Shown here: piece by piece, positions 27,331 to 36,191 of the stretch
How positions within the stretch are numbered: position 1 is the first letter of the stretch
How the letters are laid out: each line of letters opens with the position of its first letter
Origin: an uncultured Thermodesulfobacteriota bacterium
Lineage (GTDB): Bacteria > Desulfobacterota > DSWW01
NCBI GenBank assembly: GCA_964479535.1
Contig: CAYZMM010000035.1
Span: forward strand, 159 to 64,158
Direction: 5' to 3'
Length of the DNA: 64,000 nucleotides
Notes under the pieces: model-generated
What the model was told of the DNA's origin: nothing
Databases searched by the model: none
What the model saw: the letters and a program-made list of their open reading frames with translations, nothing else
Translations under genes and position numbers: made by a program

Positions 27331-28719
27331 ATGGATATGGAAAGAGCCGTCCTCGCATTTGCGAACACCTTGCGAAAGAACGGTTTTCGAATCTCCGTGG
27401 ACGAGGTCCTCGTCGCTCTCGCCGGAATCGAATGGATCGATCTGGCAAGCCGGGAACAGTTCCGAACCCTCCTCAAGACGACCTGGGTCAAGAGCGCGGA
27501 TCAAATCGATGCATTCAACCGGCTTTTCGACCTCTTCTTCGCCGGTTCTTCGGCCCCTGAGGAGGCCCTCTCCGAACCACTGGCCCCGGAGGCTCTCGAA
27601 GGCCCCCTCAGGGACGTGCTCCATCAGGCGAACGGGCTCATCTCCCCCGAGTTCCGGCAGATGGTTCTCGAGGGAATCGCTGCCCTGGCGGCCACCCTGC
27701 CCGATGTGGGGGAAAGGGTGGGTCTCGGGCAGATCCGCTATCCGCTGCAGGTGAGTCACTATGCCCAGAAGATCCGGAGGGAGCTCGGAATGGACCGGTG
27801 GCCGGCCGAGGCAGAGCACCTGCTCTCCCTTCTGGAGCAGGCGGGCGCCTCGGGGGAAGAACGGTCGGCCATGGAGTCGGGAATCATGGAAAGGACCGAG
27901 CTCTTCGGTGAGATCATCCGCGACTTCGTGGCACGGCAGGCCGAGGCCCTGATCCGGACGGAGGATGCCCGCGATCTGCCGAGAGACATCATGGAGAAGG
28001 GATTCGGCGCCCTCACGCCCTGGGAAATACAGGCCATGCGGGAGGCGATCCGGGAACTGGTCAAGAAGATCCGCGACGAAGCCGCGCTGCGCCAGAAGCG
28101 AAGACAGAGAGGCCGGTTCGATCTCAAGCATACTCTGCGGAGAAGCCTCGCATACGGGGGCGTTCCCCTGGAGGTGGCGTTCCGCAAGCGGAAGAAGTCC
28201 AAGTCGCGGATCGTCACCCTCTGCGACGTCTCCAGCTCCGTCTGGAACGCCTCACGATTCATGCTGCACCTCCTGTATTCCCTGCAGGACCAATTCGACA
28301 AGGTCCGGAGCTTTGTCTTCGTGGACCGGCTCGGAGAGGTCACCGAGTGCTTCGAACGGCAAGAAGTGAACGAGGCGATCGAAACCGCCCTGCAGAAGGC
28401 CGACATCCCCTACAACCGTTACACGGACTATGGGAGCGTATTCAAGGAGTTCTTCGAAGACTACATGGATGCGGTGAACCGGAAGACCACGTTCATTGTG
28501 ATCGGGGACGGCAGGAACAACTTCTTCATGCCCGGAGACGAGTATCTGTCCCGGATACGTTCCCGTGCACGTCGAACGATCTGGCTCAACCCGGAAAACA
28601 GGGGGTTCTGGAAATTCGGTGACTCCATGATGCACCGCTACGAGAAGGAGTGCGACGAAGTCCGCGAGTGCCGGAACCTGAAGCAGCTCATCGAGTTCAT
28701 CAACCAGCTGACCCTGTAG
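27331..28719 (+). CDS. VWA-domain protein, CoxE-like
   Basis: CDVSSSV MIDAS, TDYG, IGDGRNN, WLNPE, ECRNL. Confidence 0.9.
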   Translation: MDMERAVLAFANTLRKNGFRISVDEVLVALAGIEWIDLASREQFRTLLKTTWVKSADQIDAFNRLFDLFFAGSSAPEEALSEPLAPEALEGPLRDVLHQANGLISPEFRQMVLEGIAALAATLPDVGERVGLGQIRYPLQVSHYAQKIRRELGMDRWPAEAEHLLSLLEQAGASGEERSAMESGIMERTELFGEIIRDFVARQAEALIRTEDARDLPRDIMEKGFGALTPWEIQAMREAIRELVKKIRDEAALRQKRRQRGRFDLKHTLRRSLAYGGVPLEVAFRKRKKSKSRIVTLCDVSSSVWNASRFMLHLLYSLQDQFDKVRSFVFVDRLGEVTECFERQEVNEAIETALQKADIPYNRYTDYGSVFKEFFEDYMDAVNRKTTFIVIGDGRNNFFMPGDEYLSRIRSRARRTIWLNPENRGFWKFGDSMMHRYEKECDEVRECRNLKQLIEFINQLTL

Positions 28720-28820
28720 ACGGGAAGTGCGAGTATTCCGCCGGGAAACGACCCCGGGATTACGATCATCCAACTCTTTGGTTGTTTGCCGCAACCGGAA
28801 GCGAACAGGAGGAGGGAGAT

Positions 28821-29429
28821 ATGGCTCAGCCGACCATCGAGTTCTTCTGGGATGTGGGGAGCCCCTACACGTTTCTCGCATCGACCCGCATCGATCAGAT
28901 CGCAGAGGCCTGCGACGTTCAGGTGCAATGGAGGCCTTTCCTCTTGGGTGGGGTATTCCGGGAAACGGGCAACCGACCGCCCCTGGAGGTACCCGCGAAG
29001 CTCAACTACATGCTCGACGACCTGAACACCTGGGCGGCCCACTACGGGATTCGGATGGGATTCCCTTCCTGTTTTCCCGTCAACAGCCTCCTGCCCATGC
29101 GGGCTGCGGTGGGGGCGGACACCCTCGGCAAGGGCAGGGAGTTCGCCAAGGCGGTGTTGGAGGCCCTCTGGGTGGCGGGAAAGGATCCTGGTCAGCAGGA
29201 CACCTTGAACGAGGTGGCCGCCTCCGTCGGACTGGACGGGCAGAAGCTCGCCGAAATGGCGCAGGACCCCCGGATCAAAGACGCCCTCAAGAAGAACACC
29301 GCGGAGGCGGTCGAGCGGGGAGCTTTCGGCGCACCCACCTTCTTCGTGGGAAAGAAGATGTTCTGGGGTCACGACAGGCTGGTGCTGGTCGAAGCCTACG
29401 TAAGAGGCGGGCTGCCGAAGGCGGAGTAG
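28821..29429 (+). CDS. 2-hydroxychromene-2-carboxylate isomerase / kappa-class GST (DsbA fold)
   Basis: FFWDVGSPYTFL, WRPFLLGG, GAFGAPTF, FWGHDR. Confidence 0.88.
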   Translation: MAQPTIEFFWDVGSPYTFLASTRIDQIAEACDVQVQWRPFLLGGVFRETGNRPPLEVPAKLNYMLDDLNTWAAHYGIRMGFPSCFPVNSLLPMRAAVGADTLGKGREFAKAVLEALWVAGKDPGQQDTLNEVAASVGLDGQKLAEMAQDPRIKDALKKNTAEAVERGAFGAPTFFVGKKMFWGHDRLVLVEAYVRGGLPKAE

Positions 29430-29798
29430 CGGGTCCCTTGGGGCGAGGGTACGGCATCCGGTCGACCCTGCTTTGCGCCGCCTTCTGCGTCCAGAGCTTC
29501 AGCCCGCTCGCGAGCCCATACCCTGCATGCTGGGGCAGACAAGCGGTCGTGCCCGTTCCGGCAGGAATGGCAGCCCATCGAGCAGGAGCGGTCGAAGACC
29601 GCCAGGTTCCTGTACCCCCGCTCAGGGCCTCTGGCGTATGCGTACTTCCCCCATCCTGGTGGACAGTCGGTGTCGCAATGCCTCGAGGTCCGTCGTCAGG
29701 CACGACCTGCAGCCACCGAACCTCTCCGAGAGCACCGGAGGGAAACCGCCGCAACCCCGGCACGTCGATCGGCTCGGTTCCCGGTCACCCGTTGGCAC
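29430..29798 (-). pseudogene. relic of a radical SAM (PFL-activase-like) gene
   Basis: One frame gives CRGCGG...GGCRSCL; another gives KYAYARGPERGYRNLAVFDRSCSMGCHSCRN (CxxxCxxC); truncated and frameshifted. Confidence 0.6.
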
Positions 29799-30261
29799 TC
29801 ACCGGGATTTGCGTGACGATTCCCTGGAGGCGGCCAAGCAGGTCGATGTAGCGCGTAAAATAGGTCTGTGCCACCTCGTTCATGATGTAGAAACCGGCCA
29901 GGCAATCCGCCTGAAGCAGGTCGCGAAGCTCCTTGGCATCGATGGCCAGAACTTCCGAAGCCTCTGCGCACTGGGCTTCGGCCGTGTAGTTCGCGGATCC
30001 CAACAGAGGAGACAAACCGAACAGTTCTCCCTCTTCGATCCGGGCGATGACCATCCGGAACTCATCCGGTTGCGTGGGCAGACGCAAGAGCACACGCCCC
30101 TTGAGCAGGATGTAGGTCAGGGCCGCTTCCGACCCGTGGGAGAAGACCGTGTCGTTCTTGGCGTACTGCTGTCGTTCCGAGAACTTGCTGATCCTGTCGA
30201 CCTCCTCCATCGTTAGGTTCTTGAGCAACTCGTGGCCCTGCAGGATGCTTGCAACACTCAT
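29785..30261 (-). CDS. stand-alone cyclic nucleotide-binding domain protein
   Basis: Crp-type beta barrel (YILLKGRV...GELFG...YTAEAQC), no HTH. Confidence 0.85.
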   Translation of the reverse strand: MSVASILQGHELLKNLTMEEVDRISKFSERQQYAKNDTVFSHGSEAALTYILLKGRVLLRLPTQPDEFRMVIARIEEGELFGLSPLLGSANYTAEAQCAEASEVLAIDAKELRDLLQADCLAGFYIMNEVAQTYFTRYIDLLGRLQGIVTQIPVSANG

Positions 30262-30429
30262 CGCGTCCCCCTTTCTGTTGGAATTCTATGAATATTATGA
30301 AGAACTGCGTTTTGACGGGTCAAGGGTTTTTTCTGCCGGCCCGCACACAGCACGAAACGTCACGAGAAAGGCGAACGTGGGGAGGATTCGGGCCCGAAGG
30401 GCGAAGGTGATTCTTGTGTTACGAAGCCC

Positions 30430-31269
30430 CTACTCTTCTTCCTGATCGACCTCGCCCGGGGTGTAGGTTGCTTCCAGGCGGTAGTCGGTCGGGGCCCCCC
30501 AACTTTCCAGGAAGGCGGAAATCGATTCGCCTCGCAGCGGCACAAGCTTCTGTTCGCCGATGACGACCACATCGTATCCGGGTCCCAGATTCAGGGAGAC
30601 CAGGCTCTCCACCTCGCTTCCCAGCCCCACCAGGAGATCCGCGTCCCCCTCTCCAAGACTCTCCAGAACGATCTCCATGGAGAGAGCGTCCTCGGGCACT
30701 TCGACCTGGACTTCCTCGTGAACGATGTTGCCCGGTGTGCTGGCGGGCACCCGACCCTCCTGCGAGAGCAGCCCCCTGCCTCGAGGCCCGGTGGATCGGC
30801 TGACGAGGAGCCTCCAGTCCGGGTCGTCTCCTTCCTCGCACTCCTCAAGGATCGCGAGGGGCCCGCTGTCGAGCGAGACGAACCAAGGGCGCAACATCAC
30901 GGGCTCGAAGCTCTGGCGACCGACCAGGATCTTCTGCGTACCCGTCCCCCTGCCGAAGCCGAAGTAATCGGAAGGGGGGGCCGAGGCACCCAGAACAAGA
31001 TCCACCTGTCCGCGGAGCACCTCGAGCTTCACCTCCATGAGGGGAAGGTCCTCCGAGGAGGGGAACGAGTAGTCAAGCGAGGTGGCATCCTCCAGGCCGG
31101 GCTCGTCCAGGAGGCATCCCTGAGCCTCGAGGAAGATGTTTTGCGGGGGGATATCCCCGGACGATCCTTTGTCGAGTCCGCAACCGGTCCCGAGCGCACA
31201 AGGCACCAAAAGGAGGACGAGGAACCTCGCCCGTCGCCTGATCTCATCTCTTCCTAGGCTGTCCGTCAT
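30430..31269 (-). CDS. hypothetical lipoprotein (PPC-like beta domains)
   Basis: Lipobox LGTGC; acidic and beta-rich with GDADLLV / GQVDLVL repeats. Confidence 0.65.
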   Translation of the reverse strand: MTDSLGRDEIRRRARFLVLLLVPCALGTGCGLDKGSSGDIPPQNIFLEAQGCLLDEPGLEDATSLDYSFPSSEDLPLMEVKLEVLRGQVDLVLGASAPPSDYFGFGRGTGTQKILVGRQSFEPVMLRPWFVSLDSGPLAILEECEEGDDPDWRLLVSRSTGPRGRGLLSQEGRVPASTPGNIVHEEVQVEVPEDALSMEIVLESLGEGDADLLVGLGSEVESLVSLNLGPGYDVVVIGEQKLVPLRGESISAFLESWGAPTDYRLEATYTPGEVDQEEE

Positions 31270-31493
31270 GGAGCCGTTTCACCCTGGTAGCGTGTGGAGG
31301 AGAAGATGAAGCCCACTTTCACGGTACTGGAAGCACCTTCAGGTTGTCAATTTTGCATTCTTCCGGTCTGACGAGCGGACACGACCGGCAATCCGGGTTG
31401 ACGGAAGTCTCCCGGGGGGGCAATCTAGACCATGAAGAAGGCCGCGGGAGGGGCCTCCCTCCCCTTCGCGGGCCACGGTGGAGGCTGTTCCGG

Positions 31494-31814
31494 ATGGAAA
31501 GGCAGGGAAGGGCCGGCAAAGGCCCTGAACGGTTGGGTGCTGTTCTCGAAGCCCTCTTCGAGCAGCAGGGCATCGAAGAGCCGATCCGGATTCATCGCAC
31601 TGTGGTCGACTGGGAGAGCGTCGTCGGAGAGTCCGTGGCGAGACACGCGCGTGCTGCCCATGTTGAGCACGGTACGATGATCGTCGAAGTGGACAGCCCG
31701 GCATGGATGCACCGGCTCCAGCTCGAGGAGTCCGCCCTTCGAACCCGCATCAATCAGCATTTCGGAGAGGAGATCATTCGTCACATCCGGTTCCGGCTCG
31801 GTTCGCCCGAATGA
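31494..31814 (+). CDS. DUF721/DciA family protein
   Basis: WESVVG..VA.HA......G...VEVDSPAW...L........IN......I..IRF. Confidence 0.8.
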   Translation: MERQGRAGKGPERLGAVLEALFEQQGIEEPIRIHRTVVDWESVVGESVARHARAAHVEHGTMIVEVDSPAWMHRLQLEESALRTRINQHFGEEIIRHIRFRLGSPE

Positions 31815-31841
31815 TAACGGGGTCGGGTCTCACAAAGTCAC

Positions 31842-32645
31842 TCAGGCGTCCCACCGGAAGATCCGGTTCATCTCCTCGGTGTAGGCACCCCGTGCATCCT
31901 CGATGTACAGGGGTTGCTCGAGGGTAAGCCCCTCTCCGGCGTTCCGGACCGCCTCCACCAGCACCCAGCTCGCCCTCTCTCGGGGTTTCGGATAGACGGG
32001 CCGCACGAACTTCGGCTCGAGGCCTGCTTCCCTCAAGTGGACGACCAGACCCGCAAAACGGCCGGCAGGATAGACCAGATACACCCTGCCCTTGTCCCTC
32101 AGCAAGAGGGCCATTACCCGGCAGAGTTCTTCGAGGGAAACAGCGAGTTCGTGGCGCGCCGTTGCCTTCCGGGGATCCGGGTTGATGCGTCCCGTGCCCC
32201 TCTTTCGATACGGCGGATTCGAGGTGATCCAGTCGAAGGAGGCGCGGGGAAAGCGGGAGGGAAGATCTTTGAGGTCGGCCAAGAGAATCCGAAACCGGGG
32301 CTCCAGTCCGTGCAGTTGAAGGTTTCGGGCCGCCAGATCCGCGAGTTCCTCCTGAATCTCTACCCCGTATCCCTGAAGGCCAGCCACCCGTTTCGCCAGG
32401 AGGACGAGGACGACACCACACCCGGTGCCCAGATCCAGGCAGGTCGCAGGACGGGCCGCTTTCTGCGCACCCTGACGCCGGGCAGCGAAATCGGCCAGGA
32501 CAACAGCGTCCAGAGAGAACCGGTAGCCGTGCCGCTTCTGGAGGATGTATCCCTTTTCCGTGAGCAGGGGTTCCAGGGTCTCGTCCGGCCGCCTGAGCGC
32601 CTCGGAGGCATCGGCCATTCCGCCCCACTTCCCGGAATCTTCCAT
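31842..32645 (-). CDS. tRNA1(Val) adenine(37)-N6 methyltransferase-like
   Basis: Q...GYRFSLDAVVLA, LDLGTGCG, SNPPY, ARHE. Confidence 0.88.
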   Translation of the reverse strand: MEDSGKWGGMADASEALRRPDETLEPLLTEKGYILQKRHGYRFSLDAVVLADFAARRQGAQKAARPATCLDLGTGCGVVLVLLAKRVAGLQGYGVEIQEELADLAARNLQLHGLEPRFRILLADLKDLPSRFPRASFDWITSNPPYRKRGTGRINPDPRKATARHELAVSLEELCRVMALLLRDKGRVYLVYPAGRFAGLVVHLREAGLEPKFVRPVYPKPRERASWVLVEAVRNAGEGLTLEQPLYIEDARGAYTEEMNRIFRWDA

Positions 32646-34264
32646 CAGACGGGGCCCTCTTCCTGTGACGTGAGAGGGGCCGTGCTTTCAGGCAGTTCCA
32701 GAACGTCCACCTTCGGCTCCAGGAAGATCCGCTCTCGATGAAGGGCTTCCCTGTAGGAACCCTCCTTCTGCCTGATCTCACCCGAGGGAACCACGATGAT
32801 GGCCGCCTCCCCGATGACCGGGCAGACGGCCTCGCACATCCCGCAGCCGTTGCATCGGCTTTCGTCCACAAAGGGACGTTTGTGCCCGTCCACCGGCCGG
32901 AAGACGATCGCGTTGTAGGGGCAGGCCTCGTCGCAAAGCAGACAGAGTCGATCCTTTGCCCAGGCTACACACGTCTCTCGTATGAGGACCGCGGTTCCGA
33001 TCTTGGCGTGCTGGCGCTCGATCAACGGCAGGTTGCGAATCGCCCCGGTGGGGCACACCTTCCCGCACAGATTGCACTGCTGTTCACAGCCCGCGAAACG
33101 CATGTTGTGAACCGGAGTCCCCCAACGGATCAGGCCGGTGTCCATGCCTGCGGCCTGAAGCGTGTGCGTCACACAAACGCGCAGGCAGGCCCCGCACCGG
33201 ATGCACGCCGCGAGGAAATCCGCCTCGGGCAGGGCGCCGGGCGGGCGGATGGTTCGGTCAATCTTCTTCAGCGTGCGCGGCTCCAGTCTCATCAGCACCA
33301 CCGCCATGCCCCCGAGCCCCAGGCCGAAAAAGAAGTTCCGCCTCGAGAGTCCTTCGGGCAATGGAAGATAACGGGCTTCGCGTCGGGGCCGCAGCGAGAA
33401 GGAGATGGCGTCCGTCGGGCAAACCGCCTGGCACGCCTTGCACTGAATGCAGGCAGAGGCCTTCGTGCGAAAAGGGTCGTCCCGAATGGCTCCCATGGGA
33501 CATGCGACCTCGCATTGACCACAGTTCGTGCACGCACGGGTCACGCGTCTTCGTGACGGAGCCACGCGCCCCAGCAGACCGAGTCCGGCGCCCAGGGGGC
33601 ACAGGCTCCGGCACCAGAACCTCCGCATGAGAAGACCCAGTCCGAGAACGAGCGCTAGAAGGATCAGATTCCCCATGGCGGCATGTGAACCGGGTTGCAG
33701 GAAGGAATGGTAGGCGAGCTCATACCATCCCCTCTGTTCCGCCACGGGACGGAACAACCCGATCAAGCTGTTTGCCACCCAGATGCCCAGTGGATAGAAG
33801 ATGACGGCGAAGCTCCTCGTCAACAGGCCGATCGGGTCCAGGACCAGGGGAAGGCTGTTCTTGAAGAGCAGGCCGACAAGCACCACCCCCAGCACGATCC
33901 ATTGGAGTCCGTACAAGGAAGAGCCTCTCTGCGGCCGCCCTCGCCCGGTCCTGCCCAGACCATGGTCCGCGACATCGATACAAAAACCGAGGGGGCACAC
34001 GTAGGCGCAGAAGATCCTTCCCCAGACCAGCGCCACCAAGATCATGAGAAGAGCGAGCAGAAAGAACTGTCTCGTCCCGGCCAGGGCCGCCAGGGAGGTG
34101 AGAGGATCAAGGTCGAGAAAGAGGCGATAGGGCATCCATGACCGCCACGGGTGATGCATGGATGCAAAGAGGAAAAGGAAGAGGGCAAAGAACACGCCCT
34201 GAATCAACCATTTTCGGCGACGGCTGCCCCAGGGGAGTCTCGCTTCCGAGGGGGCCTTCTTCAC
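32645..34264 (-). CDS. membrane 4Fe-4S protein (NapH/MauN plus NapG/MauM-type fusion)
   Basis: GRIFCAYVCPLG, RFWCRSLCPLG, multiple CxxCxxCxxxCP, RPPGA; GTGA overlap with the DUF362 gene. Confidence 0.88.
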   Translation of the reverse strand: MKKAPSEARLPWGSRRRKWLIQGVFFALFLFLFASMHHPWRSWMPYRLFLDLDPLTSLAALAGTRQFFLLALLMILVALVWGRIFCAYVCPLGFCIDVADHGLGRTGRGRPQRGSSLYGLQWIVLGVVLVGLLFKNSLPLVLDPIGLLTRSFAVIFYPLGIWVANSLIGLFRPVAEQRGWYELAYHSFLQPGSHAAMGNLILLALVLGLGLLMRRFWCRSLCPLGAGLGLLGRVAPSRRRVTRACTNCGQCEVACPMGAIRDDPFRTKASACIQCKACQAVCPTDAISFSLRPRREARYLPLPEGLSRRNFFFGLGLGGMAVVLMRLEPRTLKKIDRTIRPPGALPEADFLAACIRCGACLRVCVTHTLQAAGMDTGLIRWGTPVHNMRFAGCEQQCNLCGKVCPTGAIRNLPLIERQHAKIGTAVLIRETCVAWAKDRLCLLCDEACPYNAIVFRPVDGHKRPFVDESRCNGCGMCEAVCPVIGEAAIIVVPSGEIRQKEGSYREALHRERIFLEPKVDVLELPESTAPLTSQEEGPV

Positions 34265-35196
34265 GATCGGGGTGCCTCCCGAGAAACGATGTCCGCGAGG
34301 TCGAGATCGATTGCGCCGATTCCTCTCTTGTGGCAGGCCACCAGGTGGGGAATCTGTTCGGGAGCCACTCGCTTTCCGTACCACTTCACTCTTTGTGCGC
34401 CGTAAGCATCGACAGCGACCGGGTCCACCCCTCCGATCAAACAGCCCAGCTCCTCTACCGGACCGGGCCCGAGAGGTCCCCCTGCGGTCAGCACACGTGA
34501 ACCATCCAGGATCGTCAAATCGGCCCGAATCACCGTGTTCAAATCCCCGATCGCCTCGTTCAGGTTCAGACGGGAATGAAAAACGGCCCGATCCCAGATC
34601 AGCCCCATGTTGCCCTTCGTGCCGAGCGAGACGGTGGTGGCGCCATGCGATTTCATCCGGGGCAGATTGATCTGTACGTTCACCTCCTGGACCGCCCTCA
34701 GGACCTTCACCGAGGTCAACTCACGGGTCCCGGACAGGTTGGCGGAACGAAACATCCCTTCCTGAGAAGCCCCGATCAGATGCACGCCCCGGAGGTCCTG
34801 CAGGGCCTCCTCCATACCGGTCATCTCCAGACAGAGCTTGACAGAGCGCATCGGATAGTCTGCCACGAGCACACTCCTGGCACCCGCCTCCAGGCAATGA
34901 CGGCTCATCGCCTTTACCAGCCTTGGGTCCGTGGTCGTGGCCTGTTCCGGCCGGTTCGGAAAGCTCATGTTCGGCTTTATCAGGACCGTGTCTCCCGACT
35001 TGACGAATCGACCGATACCCCCCAGTTCCTCGAGAAGGATCGTAAGAGAGTCCTCGATCGGGCCGCTCACCTCCACCAAACGGGGCCGGCCTCGAGCAAC
35101 ACCCCGATCACGAGAGAGCACAATCGATGGAAAGACGAAAGGAACGGAAGAGGCGAGGCCCGCCTTGAGGAGTGCCCTTCTTGAGATGACGTGCAT
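34261..35196 (-). CDS. DUF362 domain protein with Tat-like signal
   Basis: SRRALLK, VLIKPN, TTDP, INLP.MKSH, DPVAVD. Confidence 0.85.
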   Translation of the reverse strand: MHVISRRALLKAGLASSVPFVFPSIVLSRDRGVARGRPRLVEVSGPIEDSLTILLEELGGIGRFVKSGDTVLIKPNMSFPNRPEQATTTDPRLVKAMSRHCLEAGARSVLVADYPMRSVKLCLEMTGMEEALQDLRGVHLIGASQEGMFRSANLSGTRELTSVKVLRAVQEVNVQINLPRMKSHGATTVSLGTKGNMGLIWDRAVFHSRLNLNEAIGDLNTVIRADLTILDGSRVLTAGGPLGPGPVEELGCLIGGVDPVAVDAYGAQRVKWYGKRVAPEQIPHLVACHKRGIGAIDLDLADIVSREAPRS

Positions 35197-35348
35197 AGTC
35201 TGGCTCCAAATCCTGCTGCGACGGCTTCTTGTTGCATCCGGGAACATCCGGATCCGCCACCTACTAGAAGTGTATCGGTCGGACGAAATCCATGTCAATC
35301 GGAAGCGTTGCCGCGGGGCTGCGCTCCCGGTCCTCAGAGGCGCCCGTC

Positions 35349-35377
35349 TTTACATTTGCGGCGTTTTTCGGTATATT
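35349..35377 (+). promoter_or_regulatory. putative sigma70 promoter of dksA
   Basis: TTTACA-17 nt-TATATT. Confidence 0.55.
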
Positions 35378-35420
35378 TGCAGATTGTTAAATAGGCCGAT
35401 TTCTGCTCAGGTAGGGCAAC

Positions 35421-35783
35421 ATGAACAAGCGAAAACGCGGACAATTCAAGAAGCTGCTTGAAAAGAGCCTCGAGCGACTCGTCGAAGAAGCGTCTCAAAC
35501 CCTGAACGGCATGTCCAGCGAAAAGGCACTGTTCCCGGACCCAACCGACAGGGCTTCCCTGGAATCGGACAGGAACTTCCTGCTGCGCATACGCGATCGG
35601 GAAAGAAAGCTTCTCGTCAAGATCCAGGAAGCACTGAAACGGATCGATGAAGGAACTTTCGGGGTCTGCCAGGAATGCGGTCAGGAAATTTCGGAGAGCA
35701 GGCTGAAAGCGCGACCGGTTGCCACACTCTGTGTGGAGTGTAAGCGCATGCAGGAAAGAGACGAAAAGATAGCCGGCGTTTAG
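35421..35783 (+). CDS. dksA: RNA polymerase-binding protein DksA
   Basis: DPTDRA tip, RDRERKL, CQEC...CVEC zinc finger. Confidence 0.95.
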   Translation: MNKRKRGQFKKLLEKSLERLVEEASQTLNGMSSEKALFPDPTDRASLESDRNFLLRIRDRERKLLVKIQEALKRIDEGTFGVCQECGQEISESRLKARPVATLCVECKRMQERDEKIAGV

Positions 35784-35794
35784 GGCGTCCACAC

Positions 35795-36166
35795 CTACTT
35801 CTTGTGCGGCACCTTCCCCTCCAGCGCCTTCTTCACCTTCTGCTTCAACTCGGAAAGATCGGATGACTTGACGACGTAGTAATCGGCCGCAAGCGTCTTG
35901 TAGTCCCCTTTGTACGCACCATAGGCGGAAGAGATGATCACGGGCAGGTCCTGAAACCTCTGCCGGATCTCTTGAAGAAGATCCAGACCGTCGTAGGCCG
36001 CCATCTTGATGTCCAGAACGATCACATCCGGCTTGTCCTGTTCAATGCGTTCCATCAGCTTGTGTCCGTCCTCCGCCTCCACCACCTCGTATCCCTCGTC
36101 CTGAAACTCTTCCCGGTAAAGCATCCGGATACTTGCTTCATCGTCAACGATCAGTATCTTCGTCAT
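35795..36166 (-). CDS. single-domain response regulator
   Basis: ILIVDD, LDIKM, SSAY, YVVK. Confidence 0.9.
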   Translation of the reverse strand: MTKILIVDDEASIRMLYREEFQDEGYEVVEAEDGHKLMERIEQDKPDVIVLDIKMAAYDGLDLLQEIRQRFQDLPVIISSAYGAYKGDYKTLAADYYVVKSSDLSELKQKVKKALEGKVPHKK

Positions 36167-36191
36167 CACAACCCCCTCTTGACTCGTCAAC

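Noticed and set aside
29696-29698. In-frame TGA upstream of the CxxxCxxC segment as selenocysteine
   Set aside because: The upstream frame is not protein-like and no convincing SECIS was seen; frameshifted decay explains it better
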